Below, piece after piece: positions 1 through 13,486 of a stretch of DNA of 64,000 bases. The notes beneath the pieces were generated by a model. It was not told the DNA's origin and did no database searches. It was given only the letters and a program-made list of their open reading frames with translations. Both the position numbers and the translations under genes were made by a program. The stretch is from Octopus vulgaris (Eukaryota): NCBI GenBank assembly GCA_951406725.2, contig OX597823.1, forward strand, positions 63,240,001 through 63,304,000, written 5' to 3'. Within the stretch, counting starts at the first letter, position 1. Every line of letters begins with the position of its first letter.

Positions 1-160
1 TTGTCAAATGAAATAATTATTTATTCACATTCATTTGAATTAGTCATGCATTTTCTACAAGATGACATGGTTGTTTATTTTTAGAATAATATTGTATGGT
101 GAGAAGCCAGATCTGGCCAGTTTAAACATAAAACCTGTAGAATATTTTGGCCGAATATGG
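1..160 (+). mobile_element. piggyBac-type MITE, truncated by the window edge
   Basis: tgtcaaatg..tattcacat..gccagatctggcc matches the interior of 24436-24656. Confidence 0.55.
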
Positions 161-1229
161 TAATTTTTATAGTAATTTTTGCTTCATACATAACCTTAGA
201 CTTAGCATTCTGCAAGCTAACTAAATTACTCAAAAACATCTGCTCATTGCATCCGTTTAAAACTAAGTAAGCAGCTGTAGTGAGAGTCAATTGTCTCGGT
301 CATAACTTATGTTTGTAGCCGGACATAAAGCAACTCTATTTGTTCATCAGTAGTTTTGTATTAAAAGCTAGAGATTATTGTTAGAGTATTGGACAAAATA
401 CTTTGCAGAATTTTATATATGACACTTAATTACCAGAGTTTAAGTGTCAACTTTGCTTATCATTCCTCCAAGATCAATAAAATAAAGGGCCATTACTGTA
501 CTAGGGTTGATTTAATTGACCAAATTTCTGCTTTGTGTCTGACTTACTAATTATTATTGAGAATGGGGACTAATTTCACATCTCTTTTCTCCCCTTCCAA
601 AAAATGATGGCTATTGTGCTTACGTTAGAAACCAGACTGGATTGCTAGAGCATTGAACAAAATACTTTGTAGTTATATATTTACGATGCTATATGATCTG
701 AGTTCAAATACCACTAAGGGTGAATTTGCCTTTCATTCTTCTGAGATTGATAAAATACCAGTACTATACTAGGGTGACAAAATCAGTTGGTTAGCAAGAT
801 AACTTACTGTATTTAGTCAGCTCTGTTTTAGTTACCACCATTCCCATATTTGTGTATAAAATTTCTTTTCCAGATTTTTAAAAGTTAGGGTTGTGCATTA
901 TATACGCCTGAGAATTTAATGTTAATTTATTTTAGTATTCGGTATGACATTTCTCATATTTGGTATTACATGAATGGAAGTTTATATATATATATATATA
1001 TTTTCTTCTCCAACAGCGGCTTCCGGCTTTCATATTCACAGCAAGTTGCAAAAACATTTTATCCCATTATCTTTCGTACCTCATTCGTTACTATTGTTAA
1101 ACGTCTGTACTCATACAATAACTGCTTCGTTTTTCCTATCTTTTCTCTACGAAATTTAACCCTTTAATCCTTCAATCCTTAATTTCCATCTTTTCCGCCA
1201 TTCGGCGGTGCCCCCGCCCTCCCACCCCC

Positions 1230-1337
1230 ACCACCAATACCGGTGAACACTTCTCACCACCAATACCGGTGAACACTTCTCACCACCAATACCGGTAAAC
1301 ACTTCTCACCACCAATACCGGTGAACACTTCTCACCA
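1230..1337. repeat. 26-bp tandem repeat, four copies
   Basis: (ccaccaataccggtgaacacttctca)4. Confidence 0.9.
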
Positions 1338-1744
1338 TCTACACCGGATATGCCCTCCTCCTCCCCCACGTGTGTCTCTCCCTCCTACCCCTCCTTCACA
1401 TATGCTTTCACTGTGTACTACCCCTTCCCCCACCAAGTCAAGCTGCTAGTACCGCAGCTCATTAACTGCCCCACTGATCTTATGTTACCTCCTGTTTAGA
1501 ATCTGGCACTGCCTCAATCCGACCATCTCCTTCCAGTCCCCCTCCCTGTCTCGTGATATCCTACGTTTTTATTTCTTCTGCACCAACCCTTTCCTTGTCA
1601 TCGTTCCTCCTTACCCAACCTTCCCCACTGGTGCTTCCCTTTATTACCTGCACCCCCCACTATCTCTCCCTCTCTTTCCACTGGTGGAACCTTTCTCAGC
1701 TAGACCCCCCCCCAACTCAACTCTAGAAAAAGCTCGAACCGATC

Positions 1745-1963
1745 GTGACTGATGCCGGACCCCCAGCCCCTGTGCAGGTGGCACGTAAAAAGCACCCAAT
1801 CCACTCGCGGAGTGGTTGGCGTTAGGAAGGGCATCCAGCCGTAGAAACTCTGCCAGATCAGACTGGAGCCTGGAGAGGCCTCTGGCTTCCCAGACCCCGG
1901 TCAAACCGTCCAACCCGTGCTAGCGCGGAAAACGGACGTTAAACGATGATGATGATGATGATG
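1745..1963 (+). mobile_element. LINE-3'-end/SINE-like repeat ending in (GAT)n
   Basis: gtggcacgtaaaaagcaccc..gttaggaagggcatccagc..gctagc..ggacgttaaacgatgatgat. Other copies at 3023-3455, 6355-6670 (-), 8430-8580 (-), 19320-19463. Confidence 0.75.
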
Positions 1964-2413
1964 ATATATATAGACAATATTAAAAATAAAGATTACTCTG
2001 AAGTAGCAATAGTATTACCTTTAATTCCATAATTATTTACTGCCTTTGAAGACCAACCTGTTTTAATTGCACTGATTAGTAATCATTGCAATTGCAACCG
2101 TACTATAAAATGGTGCACTGTTTTCAGGGTCTTAACTTGATATCCTTATGTATGTATGTATGTATGTATGTAAGTATGTATGCATGCATGCATGCATACA
2201 GACAGACAGACAGAGGGTAAATGTCCAAAAGAGAATCCATAAAGGGTAAAGTCCAGTGGAGAAGTTCGTGTGTGGTAAGAAATGACAGGATCAACTGGTG
2301 CGACCAAGTAAGAGTGTGATATATAGGGAGAGTTTACGAAAAGAACAAAAGACGAAGACAGGTGGTGTACAAAACAAACATGTATTAGTATAACGCTCAG
2401 GAATAGATAAAGT

Positions 2414-2449
2414 CTTTTACGTTTCGAGCCTTTGCTCTTCTACAGAAAG
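2414..2449 (-). ncRNA. Minimal hammerhead variant (core CUGUAGA)
   Basis: CUUU-CUGUAGA-A-GAGC(aaag)GCUC-GAAA-CG-UA-AAAG. Confidence 0.6.
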
Positions 2450-2469
2450 GGACACAGAAAAAAACATGC

Positions 2470-2505
<36 letters not shown>

Positions 2506-2931
2506 CTGTCGCCATACTGGGGCACTGCCTTGAAGAATTTTAATTAAACAAATTGACCCAATAATTTTTCTTCAGTGTGATATTTATTCTATCAGTCCAG
2601 TTGTCAAGCAGTGATGGCAGTGGGGTCAAACACACTTACATACACTCACACACACACACACATGACTGGCTTCTTATGGTTGACCCGAGGCTACTGTAGA
2701 AAGCTATTGCCCAAGATGCTAAGCAGTGGGACTGAACCTGGAACCATGTGGTTGGAAAGCAAACTTCTTACCACACAGCCTAATCCGGGAATTGAACTTA
2801 AAACCTCATGATTGCAAGCCCCAGACTCCTGTTATTAAATACACTTTGTGAAACAGTTCTATATTTAAGAGATGAGGAATTATGTACATTAGTTACAGTT
2901 GACGGATATTTGTCCTCATCTTGTTTGTTGT

Positions 2932-2975
2932 TAACACGTTTCAGCTGATATACCCTCCAGCCTTCATCAGGTGTC
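2932..2975 (-). ncRNA. Degenerate second copy of the same minimal hammerhead
   Basis: Minus strand GACAC-CUGAUGA-A-GGCUG..CAGCU-GAAACGUGUU; the region 3' of GAAACG is altered relative to the 3577 copy. Confidence 0.5.
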
Positions 2976-3022
2976 TTGGGGAAATTTCGAACTTGGGTTT
3001 TCATTCTTAAAGTATTTTTCGA

Positions 3023-3455
3023 TGACATGTAAAAGCACCATCCGTTCGTGTCCGTTGCCAGCCTCGCCTGGCCCCCGTGCTGGTGACACGTAAAAGCACC
3101 ATCCGTTTCGTGGCCGTTTGCCAGCTCTGTCTGGCCCCCGTGTTGGTGGCACGTAAAAGCACCATCCGTTCGTGTCCGTTGCCAGCCTCGCCTGGCCCCC
3201 GTGCCGGTGACACGTAAAAGCACCATCCGTTTGTGGCTGTTTGCCAGCTCTGTCTGGCACCTGTGCGGGTGGCACGTAAAAAGCACCCACTACACTCACG
3301 GAGTGGTTGGCGTTAGGAAGGGCATCCAGCCGTAGAAACACTGCCAGATCTGACTGGGCCTGATGAAGCCTTCCAGCTTCACAGGCCCCAGTTGAACCGT
3401 CCAACCCATGCTAGCATGGAGAACGGATGCTAAATGATGATGATGATGATGATGA
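3023..3455 (+). mobile_element. Same (GAT)n-tailed repeat, with four internal ~63-bp tandem units
   Basis: Unit cacgtaaaagcaccatccgtt(t)cgtg(t/g)ccgtt(t)gccagc.. repeats across 3025-3285 in an alternating A/B pattern. Confidence 0.75.
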
Positions 3456-3576
3456 TCATTATTATTATTATTATTATTATTCAGGTTGTTAAGAGCACAG
3501 GGTACTAAACCCAAGATTCCGAGTTTGATTTCAGGCAGTGACCTGAATGAGAACCCAGGTTCAAAATTTCCCCAAG

Positions 3577-3620
3577 ATACCTGATGAAGGCTGGAGGGTA
3601 TATCAGCCGAAACGTTGTGT
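3577..3620 (+). ncRNA. Minimal type I hammerhead ribozyme (Penelope-like repeat)
   Basis: AUAC-CUGAUGA-A-GGCUG(gaggguauau)CAGCC-GAAA-CG-UU-GUGU; palindromic AACGUU in place of stem III. Confidence 0.7.
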
Positions 3621-3944
3621 AAACAACAAACAAGATGAGGACAAATATCTGTTACGTAAATGTAAATAATGTACACTTTGTGAAATTTGTTCTTTAAAGA
3701 ACTGCATTTTCTGACCCTAGAAAACGTAAAATGCGACATGGAGCAGGGGTGTGGAGAGTAATGATGATGATGGTATTGTGATGGTGGTAGTGGTATTGAT
3801 GACAGATGTGTTGATGGTAGTAGTGGCATTGCTAGTGATGTTGTTTATGATTGTGATATTGGTGATGGTGCTTGTGCTGTTGTTGATGGTATCAATGCTT
3901 CTACTGTTATTACTAAACCACTGTCTACCGTATTGCTTGCTCAC

Positions 3945-3985
3945 TTGCACATCAGCTGTCTGCGTAGTAGCAGAAATTCATTCAT
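3945..3985 (-). CDS. Candidate alternative first coding exon (MNEFLLLRRQLMC-, phase 2)
   Basis: Donor CAA|GTGAGC at 3945/3944, at the end of a GC-richer unique block (3945-4600). Confidence 0.25.
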
Positions 3986-4814
3986 TCCGACTCTAACTGG
4001 CCAATGACAGTTTGATGGTCGGCTGGGCGGCTTGACTGCCCAACCACCAGGATATCCAAAGAGGCTGTCCTCAGCTGGCCAGCCAGGCCGGGTTGGCTGA
4101 TTATAGCCCAACTGCTGGCTGTCGGATGTTGTTAGCAGGTGGAGAGGTTTTCGGCAAAGGTTTTCCCTAACTTGTTTGTGTGTGTGTGTGGTAAAGGTTT
4201 TAATGAGGTAGGTGGCTGACACAGATGCTGGTAAGAGATTGCTGGTTTGCATGGATGGATGGTTGGGTTGAGAAAATGAAGTTGGCAGTGGAGGGTGGCA
4301 GGTGATTGTTTGCTATATGAATGGACTTGATTGTTGACTGCTGAACTTGTTGGAATGTATTGATCTCAGTACTAGTAGTAGTAGTGATGGTGGTAACAGT
4401 GGTGGTGTTTGTTCTCTTTTGAAAACAGCAAGGAACCAGACAAATAAATAGATGGAATAACAGCAGCGGCAATATGGTTTCTTTGTATTTTAGGTTTCCT
4501 GTTTTGGGGTTTGTCTTGTTGGAGAGCAAGTGTGAGGAAATTACCAGAAAGAAAACACAGAATGTATCTTTGGCTCTGGCCAGGTCTTAAGTTGTCTTTC
4601 ACTGGTAGTCTTTATAGTACTACTACTACTACAGCATAAATATCACCACTGCCACTATAGACACCACTATTACCATTGCACCAACACTACCACAGCATAA
4701 ACAGCAGCAGCACATCAATACCACTGACAAACCATAAATATTTCCACCACCACCACCTCAGCATAAACAGCTGCACCAACAACAGCACCATCATCACTAC
4801 ACAAACACTACCAT

Positions 4815-4866
<52 letters not shown>

Positions 4867-5066
4867 ACATAATAGCAGAATCTTCTGCAATACTCATCCA
4901 CTTCCACCACCCCTATCACCACCACCCCAACACCACCACCACCACCACCCACAGTTAATATGGTGTAAGATGCTTTAGTTAAAATGAATGGTTTCAACAG
5001 CTGTTTGGCTGAATTGTTCTGCATCAAAGTAAAATAAACAAACTCCTAATCTATCGTAATTTATAA

Positions 5067-5097
<31 letters not shown>

Positions 5098-5849
5098 ATT
5101 GTTGTTGTTGTCATCATCATCATTATTATCATTATTATTATTATCATTATTATTATTATTATTATTACTATATTGTTGTTGTTGTCATCATCATCATCAT
5201 CATCATTATTGTCATTATTATTATCATTATTATTATTATTATTATTATTATCATTATTGTTATTATTATTATTATTATTATTTACTGAAGCAGGTGCTAA
5301 TATGCAGCTGTGTATTTTAAAATTAAAAACTGTAACATAATTTGAATTAATTTTTTTTTTTTTTTTACTTTTTGTATATAGAAATTGTGATTTTCGTTTT
5401 GATAAAGGCTCCAAGACATGGGATGGTTGCTAACCTCAACATTCCCCCCCCCTTTTCTTTCAAAACAGGGGAAGGGGTGTGATTAAAAAAATAAGCTGTG
5501 AGGCCTCTTTTATTTAATTATTTTATTTCGACATTAGAAATTACTGTTGCAGAAATTAGTAGAAGCAACTGATTAACATGTTCCCTTCTTTTCCCTACCC
5601 ATTCCACCCCAAACCATTCCTTGCTCTCCTATATGGGTAGTTAGTTACATTCTTTTTTGTTATATGTGTGTGTATATATATGTATATATACGTGTGTGTA
5701 TATATATATTTGTGTGTGTGTGTATATACGTGTGTGTATTTATATATATATTTGTGTGTGTGTGTATATATGTGTATGTGTATATTTCATTTCATTTCAT
5801 TGAAATGAAATATATACACACACACACAAATATATATATAAATACACAC

Positions 5850-5882
<33 letters not shown>

Positions 5883-5938
5883 TTTATATATGCTTTTTAG
5901 ATCATATTCCACTTGAAATTATATTTACATACATATAT

Positions 5939-6330
5939 GAGTGGCTGTGTGGTAAGTAGCTTGTTTACCAACCACATGGTTCCGGGTTCAGTCCCACTGC
6001 GTGGCACCTTGGGCAAGTGTCTTCTACTATAGCCTCGGGCCGACCAAAGCCTTGTGAGTGGATTTGGTAGACGGAAACTGAAAGAAGCCCGTTGTATATA
6101 TGTATATATATATGTGTGTGCGTGTATGTTTGTGTGTCTGTGTTTGTCCCCCTAGCATTGCTTGACAACCGATGCTGGTGTGTTTATGTCCCTGTCACTT
6201 AGCGGTTCGGCAAAAGAGACTGATAGATTAAGTACTGGGCTTACAAAGAATAAGTCCCGGGGTTGAGTTGCTTGATTAAAGGCGGTGCTCTAGCATGGCT
6301 GCAGTCAAATGACTGAAACAAGTAAAAAAG
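5939..6330 (+). mobile_element. tRNA-derived SINE family A, full length
   Basis: A-box tggctgtgtgg, B-box ggttcagtcc, central (TA/TG)n, tail gactgaaacaagtaaaa; more than 20 copies in the window. Confidence 0.85.
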
Positions 6331-7254
6331 AAAAAAAAAGATATGAATTTTATCATCATCATCGTTTAATATCCGTTTTCCATGCTGGCATGGGCTGGAC
6401 AGTTTGACTGTGTATACTATTAATCTGGGGAGCTGCATCAGGTTCCGCTTTTATAGCAGGACACTCTTCCTAATGCTAACCACTCCAAGAGTGTAGTTGG
6501 TGCTTTTTCGTTGCTATCAGCACGGGTGCCAGTTACATAATACCAGCATCAGCCATGACTATGATTTCACTTGGTTTGACAGGTCTTTGCAGGTACAACA
6601 TATCACCCAACGTTCAAAGGGTGCCTTTTATGTGCCACTGGCGCAGGTACCAGCTACGGGTGCCAGTTATGCAATTTCCTAGAGCAGAAAATGGTTGGAG
6701 TTTCAAGTTGGGTTTCATTCTCCTTTTTTTTTTTTCTGCAACTGTCAAAGAATTCAATATTCTTTAATAATCCATTTCTATCTGCTGCTTTAATTGTCAC
6801 TCTTGTATGTTGTATATAAAGGTAAGATCCCAGGATCAAAGTGTAGCAAGATAGTAAGCTTCAAGCAGTCTGTAGAAGGTATAAAAAGCAACTTTCAGGA
6901 ACAATAGTGGTTTGTTGACATAGAATATTGTAAATTTTTCCCAACGGCGGTGCATCAGCATGGCTGCAGCTCTGAGCTGAGACTAGAGAGAAAAAAAAAT
7001 ATCAAAGTTTGATAAAAAAATTGTTCTATAACTTACAGTTAGTAAGGGTTGCTGTGTATGTGAATAGAAATTCAAAATTAAGGAGTGGTGTCGATAAAAT
7101 CCAGACTAAATATGTTTCATAGCGAGCAGAAACTCAGAAATAGTAATTATCCAAATGAGGAGCCAAAGATACTTTAATCAAAAGAAGTTTATATTGTTGT
7201 CAAGGGATTATGTTGACTTGCAAGAGATTCTATTGAAAATATCTATCTATATAT

Positions 7255-7635
7255 TGGTTGTGTGGTAAGTAGCTTGCTTACTAACCACATGGTCCCGGGT
7301 TCAGTCCCACTGTGTGGCACCTTTGGGCAAGTGTCTTCTACTATAGCCTCGGGCCGACCAAAGCCTTGTGAATGGATTTGGTAGACAGAAACTGAAAGAA
7401 GCCTGTCATATATGTATATGTTTGTGTGTCTGTATTTGTCCCACACAGACACACACACACCATCGCTTGACAACTGATATTGGTGTGTTTATGTCCCCGT
7501 AACTTAGCAGTTCAGCAACAGAGACCCATAGAATAAGTGCTAGGCTTACAAAGAATAAGTCCTGAGGTTGATTTGTCTGACTAAAGGTGGTGCTCCAGTT
7601 TGGCCACAGTCAAATGACTGAAACAAATAAAAGAA
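7255..7635 (+). mobile_element. SINE family A (5'-truncated copy also at 8068-8395)
   Basis: Homologous to 5939-6330. Confidence 0.8.
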
Positions 7636-7705
7636 TATATATATATCATCATCATCATCATCATCGTTTAGCGTCCGCTTTCCATGCTATATATATATAT
7701 ATATA

Positions 7706-8016
7706 AATTGACACTAAATATGAGTAGGGTGCAAGAACACCTACATTGCTAGAAATAAGAGCTAAAATGCTCTAGGGCTGTAGTTAAAGCACATAATTGT
7801 ATACATATGTACTGACAAGAACTGTAATCGCCTGAAAACACTAGTCAAGAACTCCTTATACTGATCAGTCAGTCTCAGCTAATTCCGTAGCCTCATCTGT
7901 ACCTGAAAACATAGTTCCTGTCAGTACATATGTATACAATTATGTTTTTAGAGCATTTTAGCTCTTATTTCTAGCAATGTAGTGTTCTGACACCCTAGTC
8001 ATATTTAGTGACAATT
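7706..8016. repeat. Long inverted repeat (foldback/MITE-like)
   Basis: Arms 7706-7826 and 7910-8016 are reverse complements, e.g. ctacattgctagaaataagagctaaaatgctcta / tagagcattttagctcttatttctagcaatgtag. Confidence 0.85.
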
Positions 8017-8155
8017 GCAGTTTTCCTTTTTGGTAACACATTGCACAGTTGTATATTTTAATTTTATATGGCACCTTGGGCAAGTGTCTTCTTCTATAGC
8101 CTTGGGCCTACCAAAGCCTTGTGAGTGGATTTGGTAGATGGAAACTGAAAGAAGC

Positions 8156-8193
<38 letters not shown>

Positions 8194-9075
8194 TGTGTGT
8201 GTGTGTATTTGTCCCCCCAACATCACTTGACAACTGATGGTGGTGTGTTTACGTCCCCGTTATTTAGCAATTCAGCAAAAGGGACCAATGGAATAAGTAC
8301 TAGGCTTACAAAGAATAAGTCCTGGGGTTGATTTGTTCGACTAAAAGTGATGCTCCAGCATGGCCGCAGTCCAATAACTGAAACAAATAAAAGAATATTC
8401 ATATACATATATATATATATATATATAATCACCCTTTACTGTTCCTTTTTCCAAGCTGGCGTGTGTTGAATGTTTTGACATGCATTGACCAGCCAGAAGG
8501 GTACACTCAGTCCCAGTGTCTGCTTTGTGATGGCTTCTAGAGCTGGATGACCTTCCCAATGTCAGTCACTTTACAGAGCAGTCTGGGTACTTTCTCTCAT
8601 GGTACCAGTATTGCCAGGGAAGCGGGGGCGGTCTTCAAGTACCTGCAAGACAAGATCCCTCAGATGCGTTTTTGTATGGTAATGAGGGATATGAAAGTAT
8701 GGTAGGTGGACAGGAGTTGATGTCTTGCTCAAGGTACAAGGTGAATATGTGAAAGAAAATGAGATAGACCAGTGCTCCGCAACTGGAGTGCCACAGTGTA
8801 ACCTAAATATAATTTTTTCCCCTATACTTCTAGTTATATCTTTAGTTCAGGTGTGCCACAGAATTTTGAAAAGAATCTAAGTGTACCACAAGTGAAAAAG
8901 GTTGTGGAACACACACATACATACACATATTGACTTCAGTCAGAACATTACAAAGAAGCTATCTCTTTCTCTGTGTTTTCACTAATATCTTCAGAGGCTA
9001 GAATAGTTGTTAAATAAAATCCAACAATATTTATTGTTTATTTTTTTAATTTTATTTATTCATTCATTTATTATA

Positions 9076-9179
<104 letters not shown>

Positions 9180-9764
9180 TTTTTTTTTTTTTTTTTTTTT
9201 ATTGAAAGAAACCATCAAAACAACACTGAAAGGAAAAATATTTCTAAATCACAAGAAACAATAATTTTAACCATATTTGGGGGAAAAAAAACATGAAAGG
9301 CTTTCGAAAAAGACAAAAAAAAAAAGGAAAAAAATGACCATTCATTTTCATACAAGAGTTGTAATATGAATAGAAGTGATGGAAAATTTATGTCAGAAAA
9401 TCATCACCATACCATGAATACCATCAATGGTCATAATTTCAAAGCAGTAAGAACAATAACTTTAAGGCAGATAATACATCATAAAAACAAGCAAATTAAC
9501 AGTAATAATTTTAAAATTCTATGGAAATAGGTTATTCTAAAATATTGATCTCTTATATCCATTCAATGTTACTTGTAACTAGTAGTTTATTGCATTATTA
9601 AAAGCTGTTCTGTTTAAGAAGGCAACTAAATTTTTACAAAATATTAGGTTTAATTCAGTTAGATTGAATTTGTGTGCGTGCGTACATAAATGGGTGTGTT
9701 CAGTGCACGACATATTGTTTAGGTTTCACCTCTTATATGTAATTGCATTAAGCCTACTCTGTTG

Positions 9765-10444
9765 CACTCACCACAACTACTCCTCACTCGCCACAACCAC
9801 TCCTCACTCGCCACGGCCACCATTCCTCACTCGCCATGGCCACCATTCCTCACTCGCCACGGCCACCATTCCTCACTCGCCACGGCCACCATTCCTCACT
9901 CGCCACGGCCACCATTCCTCACTCGCCACGGCCACCATTCCTCACTCGCCACGGCCACCATTCCTCACTCGCCACGGCCACCATTCCTCACTCGCCACGG
10001 CCACCATTCCTCACTTGGCCACGGCCACCATTCCTCACTTGGCCACGGCCACTATTCCTCACTCGCCAAGACCACCATTCCTCACTCACAACAACAACCA
10101 TTCCTCACTCGCCACGGCCACTATTCCTCACTCGCCAAGACCACCATTCCTCACTCACAACAACAACCATTCCTCACTCGCCACGACCACCATTCTTCAT
10201 TCACCACAACCATCGTTCCTCACTTGGCCACGGCCACTATTCCTCACTCGCCAAGACCACCATTCCTCACTCACAATAACAACCATTCTTCACTCGCCAC
10301 GACCACCATTCCTCATTCACCACAACCATCGTTCCTCACTTGTCACAACCACCATTCCTCACTCGCCACAACCGCTCGTCACATCCCACAACTACCACTT
10401 GTCATGACCACCACTCATCACTCACCACTTTATTCAATTGCATA
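9765..10444. repeat. 23-bp minisatellite (ccacggccaccattcctcactcg)n
   Basis: Direct tandem units; the 23-aa periodicity in all three ORF frames reflects the 23-bp unit. Confidence 0.95.
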
Positions 10445-11334
10445 AGGTTCTTTGCAGTTCGAAAAGTGCTGTGACATAATAAAAAGAGTATATCAGTAAT
10501 GAAACAAAAAAGAAAAACAAAAAACATGGCATGAACTTTGTAATCCCTGTATTTCATCTTTTGCATGTTTTTTTTTTTGTATTTGGTAATTAATCAATGA
10601 TGTCACACTGTAATTACAATTCATGCATGCAATTTATTAAAGCAGTTCACTTAATTTTGCTGGACACATCCTTGAAATATTTCGACACAGTCTGAGGAAA
10701 TATTCAGTAGGATTATGTATACTGCATTTATAGTGTGACATCATTAATTAATTATTGAACACAGAAACACAACAGATGTAATTAAGGAATACCAGGTTAA
10801 TGCTCATGTTCCCTCTCTCTCTCTCTCTCTTTCTCTCTCTCTGTCTCTCCCTCATACATATAAACACATACAAATAGACGTTCATGCATATGCACACATA
10901 TGTTATTGTAGATCTGGCAGAACCATTAGTATGAAGCAAAATAAAATACCCACTAATTGACTTAACGCTCCCTCCTGGTTTCTGGCCCTGTGCCTATGTT
11001 GAAAATATTTTATTATAATTAGGCAGAATCATTAGAATGTTCAAAACATGCCTTGTTGTATTTATTCTGGCTATTGAGATTCTGAGTTTAAATCTCACCA
11101 AAGTGAGCTCTGCTTTTTCATCATTTTCGGGTCAACAAGACTAAGTTCTAGTCTAGCACTAGAGTTGATACAATTGATTAATCTTTCCTCCCACTAAAAA
11201 AAAAAAAATTTAAAAAAAAAAAAATTGCTGGCACTGTGCCAAGATAAGAAACAATTAAGAGTGGCAAAAGTGGTAGACCATTTCCATGTCATATTGGGTT
11301 TGATTTACCACTCATCCCAAACATCATAGCTGTA

Positions 11335-11731
11335 ACCACCATTCCTCTGTCATCACAACCACCATTCCTCTGTCATCACAACCACCATTCCTCTGTCATC
11401 ACAACCACCATTCCTCTGTCATCACAACTACCATTCCGCTGTCATCACAACCACCATTCCTCACTTGCCATGACCACTCTTCACTCTCCATGACCACTCT
11501 TCACTCGCCACGACCACCATTCCTCACTTGCCACGACCACCATTCCTCACTTGCCACAACCACCATTCCTCACTTGCCAAGACCACCATTCCTCACTCGC
11601 CACAACCACCTTTCCTCACTCGCCACAACCACCTTTCCTCACTCGCCACAACCATCATTCCTCACTCGCTGCAACCACCATTCCTCACTCGCCACAACCA
11701 CTCATTACTCACCACTTTATTCAATTGCATA
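11335..11731. repeat. Second array of the 23-bp minisatellite (starts with 21-bp variants)
   Basis: Same unit and same terminal sequence ctcaccactttattcaattgcata. Confidence 0.9.
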
Positions 11732-12589
11732 CCAGTTGAACAAACAAAGGAGCCTCAACCTGGCTGTTTGACTTGCTAAAAACAGCGCCCAAATTGTCCT
11801 CCAGCTACCCCCAATCACCTCACAAAAGGAGGAAGAACACCATTGCATTTGTATGAAAAAAAGAAATGAGTTGGATGGTCATGGGTGGAATGCCATTGAT
11901 CACAGGTCTGCAGAATCATGGCTGAGTCAGGCTTAAACAACAACAACAGCAAGAAATAATCAGTATTACTAATATAGTGGGTTTGCATTTAACTATGTAT
12001 ATCTCCCCTTCTTCGTCCCCACCCACCCGTCCACCGACCATAACTTTAAATATTGGCTTGATGCCCATTCCAATTGTTGTTGTTATTGATATTCTAGAAG
12101 CATTCTTTGGTACATTTGCCAAAACCAATAACTAGATCTAACTGATCTTCATTGCCATAGCTATCATTACTACTACTACTACTACTACTGCTCGACTATT
12201 ATTACTACCATCACCTCTCCCTCCACCTCCACTTCTATTACCACCACTACTATTATATCTTCACCCCTTTTTTTTTCATTGCATCTACTATTACAACCAC
12301 CAACACTGCCGCCACTACCACCTCCAGTACTCCTTCCATCACTACTACCGCTGATCTTCCTTCCACTATCAACAGTACTACCACTACCTCAGAACTACTA
12401 CTACTACTACTACTACAGCTACCACCACCACCACCACTACCACCACCACCACCACCACCATTAGTCGTTCTCTCATTAGCATCACCAGTACTACCACCAC
12501 CTTCAGTATTTATTTCTACTACCACTATTACTCCCATGTCTTCATTTGTCTCTCTGAACATTTCAAATATTTTCTTTGTATCGTATTTA

Positions 12590-13436
12590 TTGTCCGTTTT
12601 CAGTCATTGGGCTGTGGCCATTCTGGAGCACTACCTTGAAGGGTTTTAGTCAAATCAAACTGACTTCAGTACTTACACTTTCCACTCCCCCCTCCCACCT
12701 TTTCTTAAAAAACAAAAATTTGGTGCATTTTCTATCGATTTCTTTCTGTTGCTAAATTGCTAAGTTATGGGGATGCAAACTAACCAACACATGTTGTCAA
12801 GTGGGATAGAGTGGGTGACAAACACAGACACATAGGTATACATACATATATAAATATATGTATTTGTGTGTGTGTGTGCAGGCATGGCTGTGTGGTAAGA
12901 AGTTTGCTTCCCAACCACATGGTTCCAGGTTCAGTCCCACTGCATAGCACCTTGTGAGTGTATTTGATAGATGGAAACTGAAAGAAGCCATTGTATGTAT
13001 ATGTATGCATTTATGTGTGTGTGTGTCTTCATGTCTGTGTTTGTCCACTCACCATTACTCGACAACTGATGTTGGTGTGTTTATGTCCCCATAACTTAGT
13101 GGTTCAGCAAATGAGACCAATGGAATAAGTACTAAGCTTACTTTAAGTACTAAGCCCTTTAAGGTGGTGCTCCAGCATGGCTACAGTCAAATGACTGAAG
13201 CAAGTAAAAGAATCAAAGAATGAATATATATATTTCGGCATCCGGAGGCTGCCACGAAACATTTTTGGGCATAGGAGTGGCTCTGTGGTAAGTAGCTTGC
13301 TTACCAACCACATAGTTCCGGGTTCAGTCCCACTGCGTGGCACCTTGGGCAAGTGTCTTCTACTATAGCCTTTAGCCGACCAAAGCCTTGTAAGTGAATT
13401 TGGTAGATGGAAGCTGAAAGAAGCCAGTCATACATA

Positions 13437-13486
<50 letters not shown>

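Noticed and set aside
3023-3285. CRISPR-like periodic repeats (also 1230-1337)
   Set aside because: Contiguous tandem units without unique spacers, eukaryotic context, no cas genes.
3356-3388. CUGAUGA inside a hairpin
   Set aside because: No GAAA/UH half of a hammerhead core; the same applies to ctgacga at 32232 and ctgatga at 33964.
5939-6005. tRNA-like heads with A/B boxes (also 15388, 21030, 37000)
   Set aside because: These are SINE heads continuing into repeat bodies; no complete cloverleaf, so not tRNA genes.
9664-10445. 247/227/147-aa His/Pro/Thr-rich ORFs
   Set aside because: All three frames are open because of a stop-free 23-bp minisatellite; not a protein.
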